Shown here: positions 8,325 through 15,602 of the stretch, in pieces
Numbering within the stretch: position 1 is the stretch's first letter
Layout: each line of letters begins with the position of its first letter
Source of the DNA: a virus
Lineage: Duplodnaviria > Caudoviricetes
DNA: 29,066 bases
IMG/VR virus record: IMGVR_UViG_3300020406_000019
Coordinates: 1 to 29,066 of that record
Strand: one strand, 5' to 3'
Program-made: the position numbers and the translations under genes
Notes under the pieces: generated by a model
The model's database searches: none
What the model saw: only the letters and a program-made list of their open reading frames with translations
Told to the model about the DNA's origin: nothing

Positions 8325-9317
8325 TTAGCTAATAGTTACGCTTTCTTCAAATCCTATAAAATTAAATGCTACGCCAGCTGACGCACTCACGTAAAGGTTC
8401 TGCCACTGTTCAAGCACCAGACCTGTCAAACTCACTTCAGAATTGTTTGGGATTGGATATGATTTTAAGATCTTGTTCTGATCATTACTGTATGTCACAC
8501 CAGATATAATAATCTCTGGTACACTGCCTGTTGTTTGCTTCCACTCTGCTGTCACGTTTGTACCACTCTGGTTGGCACTATTATATAATGTCACTGTGGA
8601 TAGTGAAGGTAACCACTCATAACCTCTTGATGAGACTGATAGTTGACCTGCTCCACCGATACCAGACATTCTCTGTTGTGTCGGCTCAGTATAATATAAT
8701 GACCTCACGTTGTTGATGACTGTATCATTTTGAAGTAATAACTGACCTGTTAGTCTGTCATAGTATATGACTCTACCATATGTACCAACGTATGAGTCAG
8801 TAATAGTTCCACTACCACCGCCTGCACCAGTTATTGTCATGGTAGCAACTGTGGTTGGCCATGATCCTACGGGTAGTTCATACCATACCTTGAGGTTATT
8901 CAAGTCCCATGCTATTACCTTAGCTGTCTGTGTACCACTGGGACCTCCAGTGATAGTCAGTGTTTCACCAGGCACGTAGTTTGTACCGTTGTGACTTGAG
9001 ATAATAACATATGAACTGGTAACCTTTGAGTTTGGTGCAAAACTAAACTCTGAGAAGGTAGACACAGTAGGAGACTGTGAGCCAGGAGCAGCAAACTGTA
9101 TCTGCTCTGTATAGTCTTGAATAGCAACGTCTACTGTAGCAGTAGCACCAGTTGTATTCATCATCCTAAGTGAACCACTTGTTAGAGTAGCACTAGGAGT
9201 TGTGTACATAGGGAAATCAGCACGTACTAACCCGTTAGGATTACTCGCGGGATCCACATATGCATTCGTATATTTTGTTGTAGCGGACTGATAAGACGCT
9301 AGTACACCATTAGCCAT
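8325..9317 (-). CDS. virion structural protein associated with tail fibre (330 aa)
   Basis: Thr/Ser-rich beta-strand composition, located between two fibre genes. N- and C-terminal segments resemble small beta-sandwich fibre-associated proteins. Confidence 0.65.
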   Translation of the reverse strand: MANGVLASYQSATTKYTNAYVDPASNPNGLVRADFPMYTTPSATLTSGSLRMMNTTGATATVDVAIQDYTEQIQFAAPGSQSPTVSTFSEFSFAPNSKVTSSYVIISSHNGTNYVPGETLTITGGPSGTQTAKVIAWDLNNLKVWYELPVGSWPTTVATMTITGAGGGSGTITDSYVGTYGRVIYYDRLTGQLLLQNDTVINNVRSLYYTEPTQQRMSGIGGAGQLSVSSRGYEWLPSLSTVTLYNSANQSGTNVTAEWKQTTGSVPEIIISGVTYSNDQNKILKSYPIPNNSEVSLTGLVLEQWQNLYVSASAGVAFNFIGFEESVTIS

Positions 9318-9322
9318 TGATT

Positions 9323-11086
9323 TTAAGAGTAAGCGTGGAAAATAACTTTTGTTCTGCTCGTAGCAGAGATAGTGTCAGCAGTGATCGTCTGAACTGCACC
9401 GTTGATGTCTGTTAACTTCAATCGTTTAGCATGTACAGCACCACCAACTTGGTTGACTGAATCTGTCTCAGTAACATAGAAATCACCGTCAACGTTACTG
9501 TCACCATCGACATCAAATCGTTTAGTTGGACTCTTGTTGATACCAACCTGACCATTTGAGTCAATCATCATTTCAGTGGTTCCATCATATTTGTTGAACT
9601 TCATAGGAGTAGCATCTAGTCTCCTCTGAAATACAAATGCTGAGGTGTCACCACCAATAAGTTGACTGCCTGTAAAGTATATATCTCCTCCAACTTCGAG
9701 CTTATATGCTGTGGGGGTTATATCTATACCTACACGATCATTTGTGTCGTCTAGTATGAATGTGCCATCATCAAAATTAACTGATCCAGTTGTAATTAGA
9801 TTACTTACTGAACCTATTTGACTGATTAAACTAAGGTTACCTGTATGGATAATCTCGTTCTTTGTCTCTGTAGCAGTGGCATGATTATATTGTCTGTACT
9901 GTATTCCACCACCAAACGTAGTGAAGTTGATAGTAGCAGAGGTATAGTCTTGTCCTCCTGCATCTATAGTGATAGATGATAATTCACCATTGATTACTAC
10001 AGGAGTAACAATAGCATCAGAACCATCACCAACTATAACTGCTGTTAATGATCCACTAATATTAGCACCAGGATCTGTGATAGTGAACCCTGCTACCGCA
10101 CCATTAGTAATATTTACAGTTACATCAGGCATTGTATAAGCGATACTTGCTATTCTCATACCATACGTATAGTTGGTTGAGCTATAGTCTGTATCCTGAT
10201 CATAATACTTCAAATCAAGATACCTTGACGCTTGATCTGTAGAGACTGCTAAGTCTGCTACGTTTCTTCCTGCGTTTGTATCTTGACTTGTATCAAAAAA
10301 CTTTAACTTTTTATATGTCCCAGTACCACTCGTTTGATTGATAGTTATATCATCAGTCGAGGTTGTGGCAGCATTTATAGTGACTGGGTTGTTCAGTGTT
10401 GCGTTAGCATTGAACGTAGATACAGCTGCGACAGTCAGTGTATCATTATTATCTGATCCTACTGTAGTGTTACCATCAACTTGTAGATCACCAGAGAGTG
10501 TAAGATTAGCACCTTGTAGGTCACCTGTGAATATAGGTGATACAAGTGTCTTACTGGTAAGTGTTTGAGTTGATGATGTAGTGACTATGGTATCAATGTC
10601 AACACCTGCATCAGGGAAAACAAAAGTTCTAGTTGTCCCTGTGGGTAGTTGAGTGGCAGAAAATTTTATTATCTTACTGTTGTCTGAACTGTTAGGTACA
10701 GTAAACACAGAGTCATTAATAGCAATAGTGGAGTTGAATCTAATCAATCCAGTACCTAGTGCTTGGAATGTCAAGTCTAAGTTAGAGTCTGCTGAGTCTC
10801 TAGCAGATAATACAAGTGAAGTTGATTGCTTCTCAAGTAATAGTTTAGAGTCACCGAGTGATATACCCAGTTCACCTTGAGTTGTTGAATATAGCCCAGT
10901 TGCTGTCTTCTGGTCAAATGCTAGACCAGGCTGGTTCTGTGATCCACCAGGCACTGCCTTAAAAATGGATCCTACTTCGCTCTTTTTATTTGTATCTACT
11001 GGATCAGAATTATCAAGCAACAGAAGGGTATCTGAAGGTGATACTGTTGTCAGTAGAGTCAGGTCTGATATCTTACGAGTTGCCAC
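9323..11086 (-). CDS. tail fibre-like structural protein (587 aa, GTG start)
   Basis: MATRKISDLT N-terminus, PGLAF...TG.Y motif, repeated VGI...P...(L/F).V.G motifs, and I.D.G..Y repeats. First gene after a TATAAATA late promoter. Confidence 0.75.
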   Translation of the reverse strand: MATRKISDLTLLTTVSPSDTLLLLDNSDPVDTNKKSEVGSIFKAVPGGSQNQPGLAFDQKTATGLYSTTQGELGISLGDSKLLLEKQSTSLVLSARDSADSNLDLTFQALGTGLIRFNSTIAINDSVFTVPNSSDNSKIIKFSATQLPTGTTRTFVFPDAGVDIDTIVTTSSTQTLTSKTLVSPIFTGDLQGANLTLSGDLQVDGNTTVGSDNNDTLTVAAVSTFNANATLNNPVTINAATTSTDDITINQTSGTGTYKKLKFFDTSQDTNAGRNVADLAVSTDQASRYLDLKYYDQDTDYSSTNYTYGMRIASIAYTMPDVTVNITNGAVAGFTITDPGANISGSLTAVIVGDGSDAIVTPVVINGELSSITIDAGGQDYTSATINFTTFGGGIQYRQYNHATATETKNEIIHTGNLSLISQIGSVSNLITTGSVNFDDGTFILDDTNDRVGIDITPTAYKLEVGGDIYFTGSQLIGGDTSAFVFQRRLDATPMKFNKYDGTTEMMIDSNGQVGINKSPTKRFDVDGDSNVDGDFYVTETDSVNQVGGAVHAKRLKLTDINGAVQTITADTISATSRTKVIFHAYS

Positions 11087-11111
11087 ACGTACCCTACATT
11101 AAGTTCTCCAT

Positions 11112-11537
11112 TTATTTATACGCTTTATCAAAGATAAAAGGTCCGTACTTGGATCCCCATGTCTGTTTACCCTCTTTATCGTACCCTCTATCCACTACTG
11201 TGTACTTATCTTTCTCTAATATTGCTTCAGATCTGAGGTATCCTTCGTTTACCCATGGACTTTTATAGTTCCTTCCTATGTACTGATCGCCATCCTTACG
11301 GAAGTGTATGTCTGCTACAGGATTGAGTGCTATGATCTCATCATCTCTCTGTATTATTTCTATCTCCTTGCGTCTATACTCCTCTCCATTGTGTTTATAT
11401 CTCTGACGTGACAGGAACTTAGTGCCTTCTAATCTCGTATGTGATAGTAATACGTGAGCATAATAAGATGGCCAACTGGATGCCTGTGACCAGTTGTTAT
11501 AGTCTCCTTCAAACCACTCTAAAAATTCTTCAAGCAT
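11112..11537 (-). CDS. cpeT: CpeT/CpcT-type phycobiliprotein (bilin) lyase, phage auxiliary gene
   Basis: Motifs F.G.YNNW.QA...P..YAHV, Q.Y....YR and DRGYD..G.Q.WGS..GPF.F.K are characteristic of T-type lyases. The short length fits the phage form. Confidence 0.9.
   Translation of the reverse strand: MLEEFLEWFEGDYNNWSQASSWPSYYAHVLLSHTRLEGTKFLSRQRYKHNGEEYRRKEIEIIQRDDEIIALNPVADIHFRKDGDQYIGRNYKSPWVNEGYLRSEAILEKDKYTVVDRGYDKEGKQTWGSKYGPFIFDKAYK
11113..11120 (-). promoter_or_regulatory. T4-type late promoter TATAAATA driving the fibre module
   Basis: Exact TATAAATA on the minus strand, 26 nt upstream of the GTG at 11086. Overlaps the cpeT stop codon (TAT AAA TAA). Confidence 0.85.
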
Positions 11538-12060
11538 TGAACTTGATTGCTAACGTAAATCTATACAATGGAGCAGCAAACGATTGCTGTCGAGCTGCGT
11601 GTGGTATAGTGCTGTCAAATATAATTATTCTGCCAGGTTTATATGGTGTACAAAATTCTATTTCTTGTGCGTCATCACCTAACAGTATAGTTTCACCACC
11701 CCACTCGTGCTTCCACTCTCTATTCATATAATATAGCAGAGTCTTGTCTCCCTTGCGTGAACTGTCCACGTGTACATCAGGACTCTCACTATGAATACCA
11801 CAGTTGATGTATGCTGTCTCTACATTACATGGTACATAGTCATCGAGGAACCCTGCGATACCACCAGTGAAGAACTTTTCTACCACCCATTTCTGATCCA
11901 CATATGATATTGGTTTCTGTGTCTTTATATCCTGTACGTCAAACTTATTACTGCCTACTAATCTGTATGGTAGCGAACATGCTTCCACATATAAGTTGAT
12001 CTGTTGTTGTAAAGGTATCAGATCATCTATAATTATAACCTCACCGTTAGATAGTTTCAT
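11530..12060 (-). CDS. 2OG-Fe(II) oxygenase (prolyl-4-hydroxylase-like)
   Basis: HVD facial-triad motif, TLLYYMN.EW..EWGGET, PGRIIIFDSTIPH and a terminal R (RFTLAIK). Confidence 0.9.
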   Translation of the reverse strand: MKLSNGEVIIIDDLIPLQQQINLYVEACSLPYRLVGSNKFDVQDIKTQKPISYVDQKWVVEKFFTGGIAGFLDDYVPCNVETAYINCGIHSESPDVHVDSSRKGDKTLLYYMNREWKHEWGGETILLGDDAQEIEFCTPYKPGRIIIFDSTIPHAARQQSFAAPLYRFTLAIKFNA

Positions 12061-12623
12061 CGGAACTTCAAGTTAAATCCTATACTGATACGATCTGTCT
12101 CGGATTGGTTTCTCTCTACGTGGTGTCTAAGATGAGCAGGGAAGATTAAGCAACGACCAACAGCAGGATGGAACCACATACTTTCATGGTATCCGTTCTC
12201 CTCTTTTATCTCTTCGTCTAACTTCCAGTTATATCTAAATCTTGCGTTCTCATCTTCAAATACTATATCACCACAGTTGAATGGAGTCTGTAAATACAAG
12301 ACACCAGAAAAGTCCACACCCAAATGAGTGTGTGAATAATTATAATCGCCTTTCTTGTTTACACTCGCCCACATACTATTAATAGTAAATGGAGCACTGC
12401 TCAGATTTTTCAATGAGTCTGCGATGTGAGCATAGATTAATATAGAATGTTCAAGGAATGATTGCTGTTCGTGTAGATTATACTCCGAGTGCCATCCTGC
12501 TGAGGATGAGTTACCTTCATGGTATACACTATGTTCATAGTGTTTCTTGACCCACTCTAATAGTTCGGGTCTAAAGTCAAACTCACTGACTAGCAGTGGT
12601 GTCGGAAATAACGAAACGATCAT
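12057..12623 (-). CDS. putative 2OG-Fe(II) oxygenase, TIGR02466-like
   Basis: LFPTP N-terminus, W..VN..GDYN..HTH, SGVLYL, G..LIFPAHL.H.V..N.S..DRISIGFN. Confidence 0.88.
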   Translation of the reverse strand: MIVSLFPTPLLVSEFDFRPELLEWVKKHYEHSVYHEGNSSSAGWHSEYNLHEQQSFLEHSILIYAHIADSLKNLSSAPFTINSMWASVNKKGDYNYSHTHLGVDFSGVLYLQTPFNCGDIVFEDENARFRYNWKLDEEIKEENGYHESMWFHPAVGRCLIFPAHLRHHVERNQSETDRISIGFNLKFR

Positions 12624-12745
12624 TCTTCAGTCTTCAATCTCTTACGTATCATTTTAGCATAAGCAACCTCTGCGGGTGTCCATTGCTTCTTATTTTTAAT
12701 AATTTTCTTGGCGGTTTTTCGGATGTCTTTCTCCGATCTTGGCAT
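12620..12745 (-). CDS. small basic hypothetical protein (41 aa)
   Basis: Below the ORF-track cutoff: MPRSEKDIRKTAKKIIKNKKQWTPAEVAYAKMIRKRLKTEE. TAATG-coupled upstream and ATGA-coupled downstream, exactly filling the gap. Confidence 0.8.
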   Translation of the reverse strand: MPRSEKDIRKTAKKIIKNKKQWTPAEVAYAKMIRKRLKTEE

Positions 12746-13047
12746 TAGTATCGTTTTGGTATTTTGTGATATGGTGAGTCGTCTTCATTGTCATTAAACA
12801 AATCGTCATTGATATCCTCTAGTAGAATATCCAACTCAAATCCCTCTTCTATGAGGTATGAACTACCTCTATATAGGTCTTCGTTACTCAAAACAGGTTT
12901 CTCATTGGCAATACTGACCGTATTAAAGTTGTCAGGTGTGTCATCTTCATCAAATGAGAACGCTATCCCATTTATAAAGTATACCTTACAAACTCCTATT
13001 CCGTCAATAGTGCGAAACTCTTTGTATAGTTGAGTTATCTCTTCCAT
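12745..13047 (-). CDS. acidic hypothetical protein (100 aa)
   Basis: ORF coupled to both neighbours in the operon. Confidence 0.75.
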   Translation of the reverse strand: MEEITQLYKEFRTIDGIGVCKVYFINGIAFSFDEDDTPDNFNTVSIANEKPVLSNEDLYRGSSYLIEEGFELDILLEDINDDLFNDNEDDSPYHKIPKRY

Positions 13048-13778
13048 AAAAAATCAAAAGGGCATTTGTTTTCTTGCTCCTCTTCCTTCCTCAATCTTTG
13101 TTTGATGAGGTTCCATGAGAAGTTTTTGTGCCAGTCTTTGAGCCACAAGCTTTGTAGTTGTCGCTTAAGCACTTCTTTAGGGATGGATCGCTTTTCAAGA
13201 GTGAATTTGACATCTCTTGTTCTTTGGCTAGAGAATCTAACATAGCAAAGCGGGGATCCTTTTTCGAGCCAGATGTTTTGGTCATAGTTCCTGATAGTGA
13301 ATCCTAGGTTAATAGGTCGTTGCCATACCGAAATTGGAAAGGCACCAGACACAGTGTCTAGTCCTATTCGTGACATGTCTGGATGTTGGAATTGCTCCAA
13401 CCACACATCGGTATCCTCTGTCCAAAAACAATATCCTTGTTTGAACTGTACCTCTGGGTGTTCTCCATCTGTCCATCCATCACCAAGCATAAAATAAGCA
13501 TCAAAGTTAGTTTGATCTAAGTTTGACTCAATTCTATTCTCAGTAGATTTATATATGAACCCAAGGGGGAATGATTGTCTCATTACCCATGTATTTTTGT
13601 AATATTCTTTGAAAGCGGGGCATTGATAGTGCCTATACGCAACAGGATAATCCTTGAGGGCAGGAGTGGGTGCCTCAAAGTAATCATCTGCCCAGAAATC
13701 TAGTTCAGACTCATCGGCAAATGCTTGTTCACTTCCACCGACCACATAATTGTAAAATATTTTTTTAGTCTTGCTCAT
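13035..13778 (-). CDS. hypothetical protein, possible dUTPase-like beta-clip fold (DUF6065-like), 247 aa
   Basis: Start re-called to MSKTKK (13778). The CPAF...W, W.RPIN..F and I..EKG.PL..VRF pattern resembles beta-clip proteins common beside phage 2OG oxygenases. Confidence 0.6.
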   Translation of the reverse strand: MSKTKKIFYNYVVGGSEQAFADESELDFWADDYFEAPTPALKDYPVAYRHYQCPAFKEYYKNTWVMRQSFPLGFIYKSTENRIESNLDQTNFDAYFMLGDGWTDGEHPEVQFKQGYCFWTEDTDVWLEQFQHPDMSRIGLDTVSGAFPISVWQRPINLGFTIRNYDQNIWLEKGSPLCYVRFSSQRTRDVKFTLEKRSIPKEVLKRQLQSLWLKDWHKNFSWNLIKQRLRKEEEQENKCPFDFLWKR

Positions 13779-14193
13779 CCAATGCTTTGTCAATCTCAGC
13801 ATCGAGTGCTTTTTGCTCTCGTGCGATTGCGTCTGTTTGTTGTTGGAAAGACCTACTAACCTTACGCTTGTCTACCTTGCGTGGTTTCCCTGCTTTGTTT
13901 TCCTTGACTATAGTAATAGCATCACCAACGGTGACTATTTCTCCTGCTTGCTCGTCTCGTATTTCTACGCTGAAGCATTCCTCAAGAAACATTACTAACT
14001 CAACCATGTCGAGTGAGTCTAACAAAAGGTCATCCATAATTTTGCTGTCCCATTTAACAGGTTCAACATTTCTATCACCCAACGTCTCAGCAATAGCAAG
14101 TGACGCTACTTCAAGTAGCACTTCATCTGTTACTGGTTTGGGGGCAGCACGTAAGATATCTTTGATCTTATAGAACGTTGCTGAGTGTGACAT
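13765..14193 (-). CDS. acpP: acyl carrier protein with N- and C-terminal extensions
   Basis: DDLLLDSLDMVELVMFLEECFSVEIRDEQAGEIVTVGDAI matches the ACP consensus. The phosphopantetheine site is Ser60 in DSL. Confidence 0.88.
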   Translation of the reverse strand: MSHSATFYKIKDILRAAPKPVTDEVLLEVASLAIAETLGDRNVEPVKWDSKIMDDLLLDSLDMVELVMFLEECFSVEIRDEQAGEIVTVGDAITIVKENKAGKPRKVDKRKVSRSFQQQTDAIAREQKALDAEIDKALDEQD

Positions 14194-14195
14194 AA

Positions 14196-14372
14196 TTAAT
14201 ACTTGTACGATACTTCATTTACTTGGCATGTCGCTCTAACAAATTCTAATACCCTCATGAATTGTTCAGAGTCATCACAGTCAAGAACCTGTACTTCAGA
14301 TTGTTCACTGGTAAGAGTAAACCGACGTGCGGTTATATCTACCTCACATTGTTTTAAGTAGTCTGTTTCCAT
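14196..14372 (-). CDS. small hypothetical protein (58 aa)
   Basis: Below the track cutoff: METDYLKQCEVDITARRFTLTSEQSEVQVLDCDDSEQFMRVLEFVRATCQVNEVSYKY. Fills the gap and ends 2 nt before the ACP start. Confidence 0.8.
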   Translation of the reverse strand: METDYLKQCEVDITARRFTLTSEQSEVQVLDCDDSEQFMRVLEFVRATCQVNEVSYKY

Positions 14373-14641
14373 GGATCTTCATAATCACTGTCTTTATGAT
14401 AAGGCAATGGGTAAGCATTTGGGGTGGACATTGTGCCACTATGACATCTGGCATACTGAATGATGTCTGACGCATAGTTTTTAATCTCCTCCAGATCAGC
14501 ATGAATCTCTTTATAGATCTCCATAGCATTCTTCTGGGTGGGTATCCCCTTAACTTTTTCTTCTATGTAGTTTGCTTTCTCTGCGTTAATAAAGTCAACG
14601 AGAGTTTTAGCTTGACTAGAAGATATTGTCATACCAAACAT
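14354..14641 (-). CDS. hypothetical protein (95 aa), first gene of accessory operon
   Basis: Start re-called to MFGMTISS (14641), because the track ATG at 14668 lies inside the promoter spacer. AAAGGA lies upstream. Confidence 0.7.
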   Translation of the reverse strand: MFGMTISSSQAKTLVDFINAEKANYIEEKVKGIPTQKNAMEIYKEIHADLEEIKNYASDIIQYARCHSGTMSTPNAYPLPYHKDSDYEDPWKQTT

Positions 14642-14656
14642 GTGGTCTGTTCCTTT

Positions 14657-14685
14657 ACTATAGTACATTCACACCAGAATGTCAA
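14657..14685 (-). promoter_or_regulatory. sigma70-type (early) promoter TTGACA-N17-TATAGT
   Basis: Minus strand: TTGACA (14685-14680) TTCTGGTGTGAATGTAC TATAGT (14662-14657). Consensus -35, 17-nt spacer, 5/6 match at -10. Confidence 0.85.
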
Positions 14686-15602
14686 TTCAAGTAGATACCG
14701 TTATTACATGTGATTCTAAATTCGCTTCCAGATGCTGACATATTCGCAGTGCCTGATGCACTCATCATAAAATCGTTTGTGTTTATCTTTACATCTGTGC
14801 TCTTAGTATCGAGTTCCCAACCCACTCCGCTACTGGTTGAGGTGTCCATACCAGAGGGTTGTCCACCCTCTATACAATCAATATTTTGTCCATGAGCAAT
14901 AGTCTTTACCTTGCCTTGGACTTCTGTAAAACTGTTTCTACCAACGTTGTCATACTGACAACCCTTGACATTAAATCGAAGGTCTCCCGCTGACTCTAAC
15001 GCGAACGTTCCTCCTTCTTTATCCATCCTGATCACACGGTTACCTTTTATAACCTCTGTTAACTGACCGCCCTTCTGCATGTCGAGCTTCTTGAAGGTAC
15101 AGCGTTCGTTAATAGAATTAGCTATCGTTCTGAGTTCATTGTCAGCATTGATACCAATATTGGATGTAGAATCTATCATGATAGTTCCACCAACCTTTAG
15201 TTGATATTCACCGTCCACTCTGTCATATCTGTTGCCCTCTACCTCTGTGTGTAGGTTTCCCTCCACATTCAGGTGAGCATCACCGATAACTTGAATGATA
15301 AGTTTGTCGTCCTTTTTGTTTTTTCCGACCTTAAGGGTGGTCGTTCTGTCACTATTTAGGTGTAAATCCCTTGAACTGATGATATAAGTATCCTTTTCTT
15401 CGTCCATTTCGATCAAAGAACCAGTCGCACCATGGATTATTCTGATTCTTTCACCCTCTTTTGTATTGTCAAATTCCATTACATGACCCGCTGAGGTCAC
15501 TGTAACCCAGTTCTTTGGATAGTTCGTGATGTGTTGAGGATTATCATTATTCTCTTCACTACCATCAAATAGTTCTGTCTGTGTGGTATCTTGTCTAGCC
15601 AT
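14682..15602 (-). CDS. gp5: baseplate central spike, gp5 C-terminal part (beta-helix needle)
   Basis: YP.N.V..T.AGH..EFD.T...ERI...H..G...E motif and octapeptide V.G(N/D) repeats (VIGD, VEGN, VEGN, VDGE, VGGT). Confidence 0.85.
   Translation of the reverse strand: MARQDTTQTELFDGSEENNDNPQHITNYPKNWVTVTSAGHVMEFDNTKEGERIRIIHGATGSLIEMDEEKDTYIISSRDLHLNSDRTTTLKVGKNKKDDKLIIQVIGDAHLNVEGNLHTEVEGNRYDRVDGEYQLKVGGTIMIDSTSNIGINADNELRTIANSINERCTFKKLDMQKGGQLTEVIKGNRVIRMDKEGGTFALESAGDLRFNVKGCQYDNVGRNSFTEVQGKVKTIAHGQNIDCIEGGQPSGMDTSTSSGVGWELDTKSTDVKINTNDFMMSASGTANMSASGSEFRITCNNGIYLN

Noticed and set aside
14344-14529. Track ORF 14344..14529 and other same-strand alternative-frame ORFs (2940..3191, 21337..21648, 23426..23623)
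   Set aside because: They are nested in another frame of better-supported genes and have no independent evidence.
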